From sequence record DRR723986_1409: a stretch of DNA of 34,661 bases; one strand, given 5' to 3'. The notes under the pieces were generated by a model that saw only the letters and a program-made list of their open reading frames with translations, made no database searches and had not been told where the DNA came from. This document shows, piece by piece, positions 8,093 to 17,156 of this stretch (positions are counted from its first letter, which is position 1; every line of letters begins with the position of its first letter). The position numbers and the translations under genes were made by a program.

Positions 8093-10040
8093 AGGCAAGA
8101 TTGCCTTCGGAGTGTTGAGCCTCGTACTCGTCGGTCTCGCCATGGGCTATGTCGTGGCGACCGGCTTTGTCATGTTCCGCTATGGGCTTTCTCCCTCGCG
8201 TTTCGACGTCACCCTGCTTGCCCGCGAATATCGGGGTCTGTCTCAGTCTGCACCGAAGGACTTCCTCTGGGTGAACCTCATCCTTGGCGGCTTCGGCCTG
8301 GCATCGCTGATGCTGAGTGTCACGCTTCTGGGGGATGCATTGACCCGCTTCGGGACGACGCATTGGCAGACCCGCGGTGAGATGAAGAGGAACGGTTTCT
8401 TTGCCAAACCCGGTGGCGGCTTCCTTCTGGGCAAGCTCGGCTCCCCGAAGTCCAAGCGCCCGTTCCTTGTCTCAAAAACCTTCCCCCACGCACTGATTGT
8501 GGCGCCTACAGGCCGCGGCAAGGGCGTGGGATTTGTGATCCCGAACCTGCTGACCTACAAGGGCTCGGCCGTGGTGCTCGACGTGAAAGGCGAGAACTTC
8601 CGCGAGACCTCGCGCTTCCGCGCCAGCATGGGGGACAAGGTTTTCCGCTTCGCGCCGACGGACTGGGATCGTCCAACCCACCGCTATAATCCGCTGGCGC
8701 GCATCGCGGCCATGACCAACCCCGACCGGCAGCAGATGGAGCTGAAACTCACCGCCAAGCTTTTCCTGCAGACCGACAACGAAAAGCTGAGCGGCCTTCT
8801 CGCAGGCGGTGTCGACTTGTTCGTGGCGGCCGGCCTTCTTGCCTTCGAGCGCGGCGTGCCGACCATCGGCGAGATTTACCGCATCACAGCCTCGGGGGGC
8901 GACAAGCAGAAGGAATATCTGAAGCGCTCGCAGGAGGTGATGAACAGGTCGGCCAAGCTGATCTTCGAGCGCATGGCCTCGACCAACAACGACACCCTCA
9001 CGTCCTACCTGTCGCTTCTCATGACCTCGGGTCTCGACACCTGGGACAACCGCGCGATCGACGCGGCCACCGCGACATCTGACTTCTCGTTCCGGGATAT
9101 CCGCCGCCGCCCGCATGCGATCTATCTTGTGGTCGAGTCAGAGATGATCCGCCCGCTCGCTCCGCTGATCCGACTTTTCTTTTCCGACCTGATCGCCTCG
9201 CTGCAGGCGCAGGAACCCGGAGATGACGAGCCCTGGCCGGTGATGATCATGCTCGACGAGTTCGACCGGCTCGGGAAAATGCCGATCGTCGCAGAAAGCA
9301 TCAAGACCCTGCGTTCCTATGGCGGTAACCTCGCCATCGTCACCCAGACGATTCCTGCTTTGGACGAAATCTATGGCGAGAACACTCGCAGGTCGCTTCA
9401 GGGCGGCGCCGGCGTGAAGCTCTACCTCACCCCATCCGAGCAGAAGACCATCGAGGAGTTGAGCCAGGCTGTCGGCAAGACCACCAAGCGCGTGGTGACC
9501 CGGTCCCGTGCTGTCGGTCGCAATCCCTTCGAGGGGCGCAGCGTCTCTGAGCGAACCGAGGATACCCCGCTCCTGACAGAGGACCAAGCCCGGCGCATGG
9601 ACCTCGATGAGGTGATCCTCGTGATCGACGCGCAGATGCCGATCCGGGCGCGGCGGATCAAGTACTTCGAAGACCCCGCGCTGAAGGTGCTGCATGCGGG
9701 TCAGGTGGGAAGTTTCCCATATCCGGACGAGGATGGGCTGAGGCGGGATCGGCAGATGTCGGAGACCCGCGAGACGTTGGAAAAGCTGAAGCAGGAGCTA
9801 CAAGAGGTGCGGGCGGCAAATGTTGCATCGGAAGTCGGTTCGAACGCGCCGAACACACCGAAGACTGAACCTGTCAACTCAGCGAAAGCCCGAGGCCGCG
9901 CAGCTCGTGCTGCTGCGAGCAGCGGTGGCCAGGGTCAGCTGTCGCTTGATATCGAGGGATTGGGGATTATCAGCTCAGACCGGACAGCGTTGGCTTCGGC
10001 TGTTCTAACGACGAGGGCTATTATCGCGGAGCATGGGTGA
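8085..10040 (+). CDS. virD4: Type IV coupling protein
   Basis: Two N-terminal TM segments, Walker A APTGRGKG, VLDVKGEN and Walker B MLDEF. Confidence 0.95.
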   Translation: MDKGKIAFGVLSLVLVGLAMGYVVATGFVMFRYGLSPSRFDVTLLAREYRGLSQSAPKDFLWVNLILGGFGLASLMLSVTLLGDALTRFGTTHWQTRGEMKRNGFFAKPGGGFLLGKLGSPKSKRPFLVSKTFPHALIVAPTGRGKGVGFVIPNLLTYKGSAVVLDVKGENFRETSRFRASMGDKVFRFAPTDWDRPTHRYNPLARIAAMTNPDRQQMELKLTAKLFLQTDNEKLSGLLAGGVDLFVAAGLLAFERGVPTIGEIYRITASGGDKQKEYLKRSQEVMNRSAKLIFERMASTNNDTLTSYLSLLMTSGLDTWDNRAIDAATATSDFSFRDIRRRPHAIYLVVESEMIRPLAPLIRLFFSDLIASLQAQEPGDDEPWPVMIMLDEFDRLGKMPIVAESIKTLRSYGGNLAIVTQTIPALDEIYGENTRRSLQGGAGVKLYLTPSEQKTIEELSQAVGKTTKRVVTRSRAVGRNPFEGRSVSERTEDTPLLTEDQARRMDLDEVILVIDAQMPIRARRIKYFEDPALKVLHAGQVGSFPYPDEDGLRRDRQMSETRETLEKLKQELQEVRAANVASEVGSNAPNTPKTEPVNSAKARGRAARAAASSGGQGQLSLDIEGLGIISSDRTALASAVLTTRAIIAEHG

Positions 10041-10161
10041 GCGTGGGAGAACTCACTAAGCCCTTCTGCATCGGCGATTGGCCTTTTGCAGACGAACTGA
10101 AAGGTGAAGTCTTTCACCCGATTGGTGCAGGGTAGGTGTTCGGAACGCCATGTGCATCCTA

Positions 10162-11265
10162 CTAAGCAGTTGATGTTCCGGGTGGAGGGGCAATCGAGCC
10201 GCGCGACAAGTAGCGCGGTCGCAACTTCAGGTTCCGCGCTCTGCCCTTGGCCCCCTTGATCCGTGCAATCAGCAGGGCCGTCGCCGCTTTGCCAAGACGC
10301 CTGCGCGGTTGGGCGATTGCATCGATACCGCTACCCACGAAGGCCATCCAGTCCAGATCGTCAAAGCAGACAAGTGATAGATCATCCGGTACGCTCAATC
10401 CGCACGCCACGATAGCCGCCATGGCCCCAGATGACATCAGCCCATCTGCGCAGAACAGCGCGGTTGGCCGGTCGGGGGTCTCAAGAAGCGCGCGCACCGA
10501 TTGCTGCGCTGCCGATGCGGAATGCTCACCAACATGGACAATCAGCGCCGGGTCGATCTCAAGCTGCGCGTCACGATGCGCCGCAAGATAGCCTCCAAGA
10601 CGCTGCCAGCTTGTCGAGACTGCGTTCAGATTGGTTCTGCCCCCCTGCCCTGCCGAGGCAAGGAATTTGGGCAGATCTTGAGAAGCAGTGCGGCCCAATT
10701 CCGCCACGACACCTATGCGGCGATGACCTGCCCACAAAAGCCGGGCTACGCCATCGCGGGAGCTTTCGATATTCTCGACTGAGACACTGTCGATCTGAAG
10801 ACCCGTCACCTTGCGGTCGATTAGCACCATCGGTATTCCGGCTGCAGCCGCCTCTTTGAGGTGAGGGGAGTCCATAACATCGCAGGGAGAGACGATGAGC
10901 CCGTCAACCTGATTCTCTCGCAGCAGTTTCGTGGCGGCAATCTCACGCGCAACCGTTTCATCACTGTTTGTGATCAACATGCTCATGCCGCGCGCTTCCA
11001 CCCCATCCGATATGCCTCGCAATACGGCAGCATAGAATGGGCTCGAGATATCGCCGGCAATTACCCCGATGGTGCGGGTCTGACCGGTGATCAGACCGCG
11101 CGCCAGTTTGTTGGGCCGATAGCCTAGCTCGGAGGCAACAGCCTCAACCCGCTCTTTGGTTTTTGCACCTGCATAGCCGTAATTCCCGAGAACTCGGCTC
11201 GCTGTGGCGACGCTGACCCCGGCCTTGGCCGCAACCTCGACGATCGTTACTTTCGCTGCCTTCAT
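10162..11265 (-). CDS. LacI-family transcriptional regulator
   Basis: VTIVEVAAKAGVSVATASRVL HTH, YRPNKLARGL hinge and a periplasmic-binding-protein-like effector domain. Confidence 0.95.
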   Translation of the reverse strand: MKAAKVTIVEVAAKAGVSVATASRVLGNYGYAGAKTKERVEAVASELGYRPNKLARGLITGQTRTIGVIAGDISSPFYAAVLRGISDGVEARGMSMLITNSDETVAREIAATKLLRENQVDGLIVSPCDVMDSPHLKEAAAAGIPMVLIDRKVTGLQIDSVSVENIESSRDGVARLLWAGHRRIGVVAELGRTASQDLPKFLASAGQGGRTNLNAVSTSWQRLGGYLAAHRDAQLEIDPALIVHVGEHSASAAQQSVRALLETPDRPTALFCADGLMSSGAMAAIVACGLSVPDDLSLVCFDDLDWMAFVGSGIDAIAQPRRRLGKAATALLIARIKGAKGRARNLKLRPRYLSRGSIAPPPGTSTA

Positions 11266-11340
11266 GCGGTCCGATCCGTTTTGCTGCGCAGGCGTGGTAA
11301 ACTACTCAGGCTCGCGCTCGCATCCCGCAACCCGTGCCGC

Positions 11341-12291
11341 CTATGGAAGACGTTCAGACAAGGCCACGGCGGCAAAAAGGTCAAGATGGCCGCCGCCGAC
11401 ATTCTTGAACACCGTGATTTCCGAGTCCGACTGACGGCCTGGATGCGCGCCCCGGCAGAGTTGATAGAGGTCTGCGCCGACGTCATCCCAGTTGATAACC
11501 CCGGCGGCCACGGGGCGGGCCAATTCGCCAGAGCCTTTCATCCCGTCCCGGCAATCGACAAAGATCTGCCCGCGCGCCATTGCTTCGTCATCGGCCTCGC
11601 GCATGTCCGGCAAATAGGCACCGACCAAGTCGAGATGCGCCCCGGGTCTCAGAAGCGCCCCCCTGATCAGCGGCTCGCGGGCCATCGTGACACAAGAGAT
11701 GATATCGGCGTCGGCCACGGCTGCATCCAGGTCGCGCGTTGCCGCGATATCGACGCCTTGCGTATCGGCCCCCGCCATTAGCGAAGTGGCAAGCGTCTCG
11801 GCGCGCTCGGGCGTGCGGTTCCAGATCAGGATGCGGTTCAGAGACGGGCGCGCGGCGCGATGGGCAGCGATGACATGCGGCGCAAGACCCCCTGCCCCGA
11901 CAACCAGCAGCGTCCCGCAATCAGGCCGCGCAAGCAGCCGCGTGCCTAGCCCTGAATCCGCCGCAGTCTTGCGGAAGGTCATCGCCTCGCCATCGGCGGC
12001 AAGCATCGGTGCCCCGGTGGCAGGGTTAAAGAGCGCGACCAACCCCTGCACCGAGGCTTGCGGCGGATCGAACGCCAGATTGCCGGGAAAGACCCCGACC
12101 ATTTTGACCGCGATGCCCTTGCCACCCTGCCAGCCCACAAGGGTCACGAATTGATTGTCGCCGCCCTCCGGCTCGGTGCTGACAATATGATCGGCGGCTG
12201 GATGCACTCCCTGATGGGCCTGGTACAACGCCTCGATCAGATAGGGGTAGTCCAGCAATCGGTGGACGGTTTCGGCATCTGCCAGTCTCAT
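11341..12291 (-). CDS. Ornithine cyclodeaminase / mu-crystallin family NAD-binding enzyme
   Basis: VKMVGVFPGN, RKTAADS, VVGAGGLA, IWNRT, GAHLDLVG, ITVFKNVG and DL motifs. Confidence 0.9.
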   Translation of the reverse strand: MRLADAETVHRLLDYPYLIEALYQAHQGVHPAADHIVSTEPEGGDNQFVTLVGWQGGKGIAVKMVGVFPGNLAFDPPQASVQGLVALFNPATGAPMLAADGEAMTFRKTAADSGLGTRLLARPDCGTLLVVGAGGLAPHVIAAHRAARPSLNRILIWNRTPERAETLATSLMAGADTQGVDIAATRDLDAAVADADIISCVTMAREPLIRGALLRPGAHLDLVGAYLPDMREADDEAMARGQIFVDCRDGMKGSGELARPVAAGVINWDDVGADLYQLCRGAHPGRQSDSEITVFKNVGGGHLDLFAAVALSERLP

Positions 12292-12301
12292 CGCAGACTC
12301 C

Positions 12302-13309
12302 TCAGTAGTCGTCGAGTTTCTTCATGTAGCGCCGTGCCGTCATCATCTCGTGTTGGCGCAAGTCCGCCAGGCGATAGGCGAAGGTCCACAGCGTATCGAA
12401 GAACACCAGTGGCGCAAGCGCGCCGCGAAACTCGGGGACGACTCCGGTGAAATCGAGCTCGGCAGCATCAACCACCAGGATATTCTCTGGACGACCAAAG
12501 CGCAGCAGGAAGTTTTCGGCGCGCTCTTCCAGCGGGCGCGTATCGTCCAGCCCTTTCATCAGGATGTAGCAGCGGTTGTCATCCAGAACCTCGAACGCAC
12601 CGTGGAAAAACTCGTTGGCGTGGATCGGGTGGCTGTTGATCCACTGCATCTCCATCAACACGCAGATCGCATAGGAATAGGCCGCGCCGTAGCTGGCCCC
12701 GCTGGCCGTTGTATAGATCACATCTTGTTTCGCAAAATGTGGGGCGTATTGGTCGAAACGCGGCGCGAAAACACCCTGCGCACGGTCGATGACCGATTGC
12801 AGCGCATCAAGACTGTCCATCAACGCGACCATATTTCCACCACCATCATAGCGAGCAGCAAGCCCCTGCACGATCTGGTAGATCCGGGCGTAATTGCTGT
12901 TCTTGGCATCGATCGGAATGCCGGTCGTGTAGGGCGCTTCGAACGCCACGACATGATCGCTGGCTTTGGCTAGCGGGCTCTCAGGGTCCACTGTTAGCGA
13001 GATTGTCAACGCCCCGGCCTCTCGAGCGAACTTCGCCGCCGCGACGGTTTCGCGCGTTGTGCCTGTCATCGAGCACAGGATGACCAGCGATTGCGCAGTT
13101 AGCCGCCTGGGCGCGCGATGAGTGAATTCGGCCGCGTTGTAGAGATCCGATGGCAGTTTGGCCGAAACCTGATCCAGCATGAATTTAGCCGGATACATGA
13201 TCGAGAGAGACCCGCCACAGGCCACGAAGAACACTTGCTCCGTGTCGCGTCCGTCAAGCGCCTGGAGCGCACGCACAACATCGGGATGAGGGGATTGAGG
13301 TTCAGACAT
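12302..13309 (-). CDS. frlB: SIS-domain fructosamine-6-phosphate deglycase (FrlB-like)
   Basis: FFVACGGS, ILCSMTGTTRETV, ICVLMEMQW and EFFHGAFE; C-terminal RRYM. ATG 13309 with GGAG RBS. Confidence 0.85.
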   Translation of the reverse strand: MSEPQSPHPDVVRALQALDGRDTEQVFFVACGGSLSIMYPAKFMLDQVSAKLPSDLYNAAEFTHRAPRRLTAQSLVILCSMTGTTRETVAAAKFAREAGALTISLTVDPESPLAKASDHVVAFEAPYTTGIPIDAKNSNYARIYQIVQGLAARYDGGGNMVALMDSLDALQSVIDRAQGVFAPRFDQYAPHFAKQDVIYTTASGASYGAAYSYAICVLMEMQWINSHPIHANEFFHGAFEVLDDNRCYILMKGLDDTRPLEERAENFLLRFGRPENILVVDAAELDFTGVVPEFRGALAPLVFFDTLWTFAYRLADLRQHEMMTARRYMKKLDDY

Positions 13310-13372
13310 CTTGTGGGGCTCCGCATTATTGACAACAGGAATTCGCGGGTCGCTTGACAGCCGCATGTGATT

Positions 13373-13390
13373 TGTGTGAACGTTCTCACA
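13373..13390. promoter_or_regulatory. LacI-type operator between divergent frlB and frlD
   Basis: TGTGTGAACGTTCTCACA is a 16/18 palindrome with central CG. TTGACA lies at 13354-13359. Confidence 0.75.
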
Positions 13391-14322
13391 TGATGTTAAG
13401 AAACGCAACCTCTCCGCAGATCGTTGCCTTCGGGGACAATGATGTGGATTGCTACGAGGCGCACGGGGCGATGTATCCGGGCGGCAATGCGCTGAATGTG
13501 GCGGTTTTTGCCCGACGCGCCGGGGCGAATGCGGCTTTTATTGGCGCCATGGCGGATGATCCCGCCGGGAGCCACATGCGCGCCGCATTGGAAATGGAAG
13601 GCGTCAACATCACGCGCCTGCGCCGTGCTGCGGGCCGCACCGCATTCTGCGTGATTGGCAATACGGCCAGCGGTGAGCGAGAGTTCCTGCGCGCCGATCT
13701 GGGCGTCTCCATTATCGCGCCTAATGCCGGAGATCTAGAAATGATCGCCAGGGCCGATGTCGTCCACACCGGACGCTCTGCCCATGTCGAGGCGCATCTG
13801 TCAGCATTCTCCAACCGCGCGCGTCTGTCTTTCGATTTCGCGGACCAGACCGGAGTCGATTATGTAGATGCCATCGCGCCGATGTGTTTTCTGGCGAGCT
13901 TTTCGGGCGGTAGTATGACCGACGCAGAGGTCGCCACGTTGCAAGCGCAGGTGCGCAAGGCAGGGGCGAACTGGTGCCTTATCACACGCGGCCAGAACGG
14001 CGCCTACCTGACCGGACCTGATACGGATGTAGGTGTTCCCCCCGCGCCCGCCGAAATCGTCGATACGCTCGGTGCCGGGGACAGTTTCATCGCGCGGGTT
14101 CTCACCGGGCTTTTGCGTGGCGAAGACCCGCGCGCCTTGATGCAGGCCGCCGCCATCATGGCTGGCGAAACCTGCGGCCAGCGCGGTGGCTTCGGTCACC
14201 CCGCACCCATCGACATTGACCAAAGCCACGCCATGCCGATCGGCTTGATCCATGCGCATGCCGCCGAACTGGCGGACCGGGCCAGAAAGCGCAGCGCCGA
14301 AACCGGCGTCCCGGCCAAGTAA
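13390..14322 (+). CDS. frlD: PfkB-family fructosamine kinase (FrlD-like)
   Basis: FGDNDVDCY…PGGNALNVAVF and DTLGAGDSF motifs; divergent from frlB. Confidence 0.85.
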   Translation: MMLRNATSPQIVAFGDNDVDCYEAHGAMYPGGNALNVAVFARRAGANAAFIGAMADDPAGSHMRAALEMEGVNITRLRRAAGRTAFCVIGNTASGEREFLRADLGVSIIAPNAGDLEMIARADVVHTGRSAHVEAHLSAFSNRARLSFDFADQTGVDYVDAIAPMCFLASFSGGSMTDAEVATLQAQVRKAGANWCLITRGQNGAYLTGPDTDVGVPPAPAEIVDTLGAGDSFIARVLTGLLRGEDPRALMQAAAIMAGETCGQRGGFGHPAPIDIDQSHAMPIGLIHAHAAELADRARKRSAETGVPAK

Positions 14323-14342
14323 CGCAACACGGAGGACGAGAC

Positions 14343-15347
14343 ATGACTACCCCATTCAATGCCCTAACCCGACGCCACGCCCTTGCCATGCTGGCCAGCA
14401 CACCGCTCGCCCTTTCGGCAAGAACTGCCTTCGCTCAGGATGCGGCAAATTTCAGGATCGCTTCGGTCAACGCGCCAACCGCGCTGTCCAACACGCTCGC
14501 CGAAGAGGTCGGCAACCGGATCATGGAGCGCACCGAAGGGCGCGTCACGTTCCAGATGTTCCCGAGTGCCCAATTGGGCACGACGACCGACACCATCGAA
14601 CAGGCAAGCCAGGGTCAGCCGACCATCGCCTATACCTCGGCCAGCAACCTGTCGCAGTTCGGTGTGCCCGAGCTTGCCGCGGTCGAGGGGCCGTTCATCG
14701 TCGGCAATGCCGCGGAAGCCGAGCGCCTCGCCAATTCGGACCTGATGCAGGGCTATTATGATCAGCTTGCCGAAACCGCCGGTCTGCGCGTGCTGGCGTT
14801 GAACTGGTTCGACGGGGCGCGCCACATGATCGGCACCGAGCCCTATCCGCACCCCTCCGACCTGGAGGGCGTCCTGATGCGCGTGCCGCCGCTTGAAACT
14901 TGGCTCAACACCTTCGAGCCAATGGGCGTGGTCGCCACCACGGTGGAAGCCGCGGAGGCCTATTCTGCCTTGGCCCAGGGCGTCGTGACCGCAGGGGAAT
15001 CCCCGTTGACAGGCCTGCGTGCGAACCGGTGGTATGAAGTCGTCAAGGAAATCACCCTAACCGGACATTTCAACCTGTTCCTTGGCTGGGTCACGTCAGA
15101 GGCGGCCTTCCAGGCCTTGTCGGAGGGCGACCGCGCCATCATGCTGGAGGAGTTCCGCGGTGGTGGGCAGGAGCTGACAGCGCAATCCATCGCGTTGGAA
15201 GAGGAAATCCGCGCCGAGTTTGAAGCGGCGGGAGTTACGTTCCACGAGGCGGACCTCAACGCCTATCGTGAAGCCACTTCCAGCTTCTTCGATGATCTGC
15301 CGGAAGGTCTGTTCGACAGCATTCGTTCCGCCGCGACACAGGGCTGA
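14343..15347 (+). CDS. dctP: TRAP transporter substrate-binding protein (DctP family)
   Basis: Twin-arginine-like leader TRRHALAML, FPSAQLG, GARH, conserved Arg in LMRVP, EAYSALAQGVV and TLTGH. Confidence 0.92.
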   Translation: MTTPFNALTRRHALAMLASTPLALSARTAFAQDAANFRIASVNAPTALSNTLAEEVGNRIMERTEGRVTFQMFPSAQLGTTTDTIEQASQGQPTIAYTSASNLSQFGVPELAAVEGPFIVGNAAEAERLANSDLMQGYYDQLAETAGLRVLALNWFDGARHMIGTEPYPHPSDLEGVLMRVPPLETWLNTFEPMGVVATTVEAAEAYSALAQGVVTAGESPLTGLRANRWYEVVKEITLTGHFNLFLGWVTSEAAFQALSEGDRAIMLEEFRGGGQELTAQSIALEEEIRAEFEAAGVTFHEADLNAYREATSSFFDDLPEGLFDSIRSAATQG

Positions 15348-15355
15348 CCAATGGG

Positions 15356-15378
15356 TGCCGACACGATCTGTGTCGGCA
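15356..15378 (+). other. Intercistronic stem-loop after dctP
   Basis: TGCCGACAC-GATCT-GTGTCGGCA, a perfect 9-bp stem at the usual position of an mRNA-stabilising hairpin. Confidence 0.65.
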
Positions 15379-15405
15379 TCTTCGAGCTGTTGGGAGGTAT
15401 CCGGG

Positions 15406-15882
15406 ATCGAACGTGTTTTTTTGCGACCTTTGCTGCGCCTGATCGGCGAATTGATCCCGACACTCCTTCTCGGGATAGTGCTTGTGGCGGTCGGTGCAAA
15501 CGTCATTTCGCGAACAGTGCTTCGCGAAGGGTTCCAAGTCGCCAATGAACTGGCCGTGGTCTGTTTTGCGGGCGTGGTGTTCTTTGGGATCATCGGCGCC
15601 GCGTTGGACAAGCAGATGTTCGGGGTTGATTTCTTCGTATCCAGATTGCCCCGGCGGCTTCAAGCCTGGGTGACTGCGCTGACCCATCTTCTTGTCATTG
15701 CCATCGCACTGCAGGTTCTGAACGCAGCCATTGCACAGGTGTCGACCGCGCGGTTCACCACGTTTCTAGCACTGGGCTGGCCAAAATGGATCGTGTCGGC
15801 CGGTCTGGGTGTGGCAATGTCAGCCATCATCTTGGTCCAACTGCTCCATCTTGCCGAACTTTGGCGGGAGCGCCACACATGA
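15406..15882 (+). CDS. dctQ: TRAP small permease (DctQ); start uncertain (ATC 15406 or TTG 15421)
   Basis: Four TM segments, NVISRTV…NELA, GVDFFVSRLP and LGWPKW. Stop overlaps the dctM start (ATGA). Confidence 0.85.
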   Translation: MERVFLRPLLRLIGELIPTLLLGIVLVAVGANVISRTVLREGFQVANELAVVCFAGVVFFGIIGAALDKQMFGVDFFVSRLPRRLQAWVTALTHLLVIAIALQVLNAAIAQVSTARFTTFLALGWPKWIVSAGLGVAMSAIILVQLLHLAELWRERHT

Positions 15883-17156
15883 TTGCGTCAGGCATTGCCT
15901 TCCTTGCGCTGCTGGTGCTGCGTGTTCCCATCGCCTTCGTGATCCTGGGGGCCTCGGTGATCTATTTCGCCCTCAACCCGATGATGGCAAGCACCGTGGC
16001 GCAACGCATGGCTTCGTCACTGGAGAGCTTCCCGCTGCTCGCGGTGCCGTTTTTTATCGTTGCAGGCGCCGCTATGGCCCGTGGCGGCATCGCCCAACGT
16101 CTCTACGATTTCGCCGATGGGCTTGTCGGACACTGGCATGGCGGGCTGGCGCAGGTGGCAGTGATGAACTCGCTTTTCCTGGGGGCGATGTCGGGTTCAT
16201 CCAACGCGGACGCCGCCATTGACGCGCGCACCATCGCGCCGATCATGCGTCAGCGCGGCTATTCCAACGGTTTCGCCTCGGTGGTCAGCGCCGCCTCGGG
16301 GGCCATCGCGCCGATTATGCCGCCCTCGATCGGGCTGATCGTCTATGGGTTGCTGACCGACACCTCCATTGGACGCCTGTTTATCGGCGGCATTATCCCG
16401 GCATTCATCATCACCTGCGCGTTACTGCTGACGGTGCGCATCATGGCGAAACGGCGCGGTTACAAACCCGAGCGTGCGCAGAGATTGCCCGCGCGCCAGA
16501 TCGCGGCGCGCGGGCAATCTGCCCTTTGGGCGCTGGCGATGCCGGTGCTGCTGATCGTCGGGCTACGCGGTGGCTGGTTCACACCGACCGAGTTGGGGGC
16601 AATGGCCGCTCTCTATGCTTTCGTTATCGGCATCTTCGTCTATCGCGGCTTTCGACTGTCCGAAACTTATGACCTGCTGCGCGAATCCGCGCTGACAACC
16701 GCGAATGTCCTGTTCATCGTGGCCTCAGCGGCCGTCTTCTCACTGGTTCTGGCGCTGGAGCAGGTGCCGCAATCTCTGTTGACCAGCCTGCTGTCTTTGT
16801 CCGACAACAAATATGTCATCCTGATGATCCTGACCGTGATGCTGCTGGTGCTTGGCACCATGCTTGAAGGCCTTGCGTTGATGGTGATCCTGGTCCCGAT
16901 CCTCAATGAGGTGACGCGCACCCTCGGCATAGACCCGGTCCATTTCGGCATCGTCCTGGTATTCAACACAACCATCGGCTCGATCACGCCACCCGTTGGC
17001 ACGGTCCTTTATACCGTCTGCTCGATCACCAAATGCTCGATTGAGGAGTTCAGTCGCGAATCCCTGCCCTTCCTGGCCAGCCTGATCGGCGTACTACTTC
17101 TCTTGACCTATGTGCCAGCGCTGGTGACGTTCCTGCCGAACCTGTTGTTCCGCTGA
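15879..17156 (+). CDS. dctM: TRAP large permease (DctM)
   Basis: SFPLLAVPFF, GAMSGSSNADA, IMPPSI, FTPTE, GIDPVHFG and ITPPVG motifs. Confidence 0.95.
   Translation: MIASGIAFLALLVLRVPIAFVILGASVIYFALNPMMASTVAQRMASSLESFPLLAVPFFIVAGAAMARGGIAQRLYDFADGLVGHWHGGLAQVAVMNSLFLGAMSGSSNADAAIDARTIAPIMRQRGYSNGFASVVSAASGAIAPIMPPSIGLIVYGLLTDTSIGRLFIGGIIPAFIITCALLLTVRIMAKRRGYKPERAQRLPARQIAARGQSALWALAMPVLLIVGLRGGWFTPTELGAMAALYAFVIGIFVYRGFRLSETYDLLRESALTTANVLFIVASAAVFSLVLALEQVPQSLLTSLLSLSDNKYVILMILTVMLLVLGTMLEGLALMVILVPILNEVTRTLGIDPVHFGIVLVFNTTIGSITPPVGTVLYTVCSITKCSIEEFSRESLPFLASLIGVLLLLTYVPALVTFLPNLLFR

Noticed and set aside
7028-8143. Long antisense ORFs (e.g. 7028-8143, 20595-21629, 23635-24564, 29522-30367, 31239-32174)
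   Set aside because: They are shadow or alternative frames of well-supported genes in high-GC DNA, with no motifs.
10058-10068. 11-bp inverted match to 31071-31081 (CAGAAGGGCTT) as element ends
   Set aside because: The match does not extend and is expected by chance in 35 kb.
10103-10118. GGTGAA-GTCT-TTCACC as terminator between virD4 and lacI
   Set aside because: The 6-bp stem is weak and has no U-tract.
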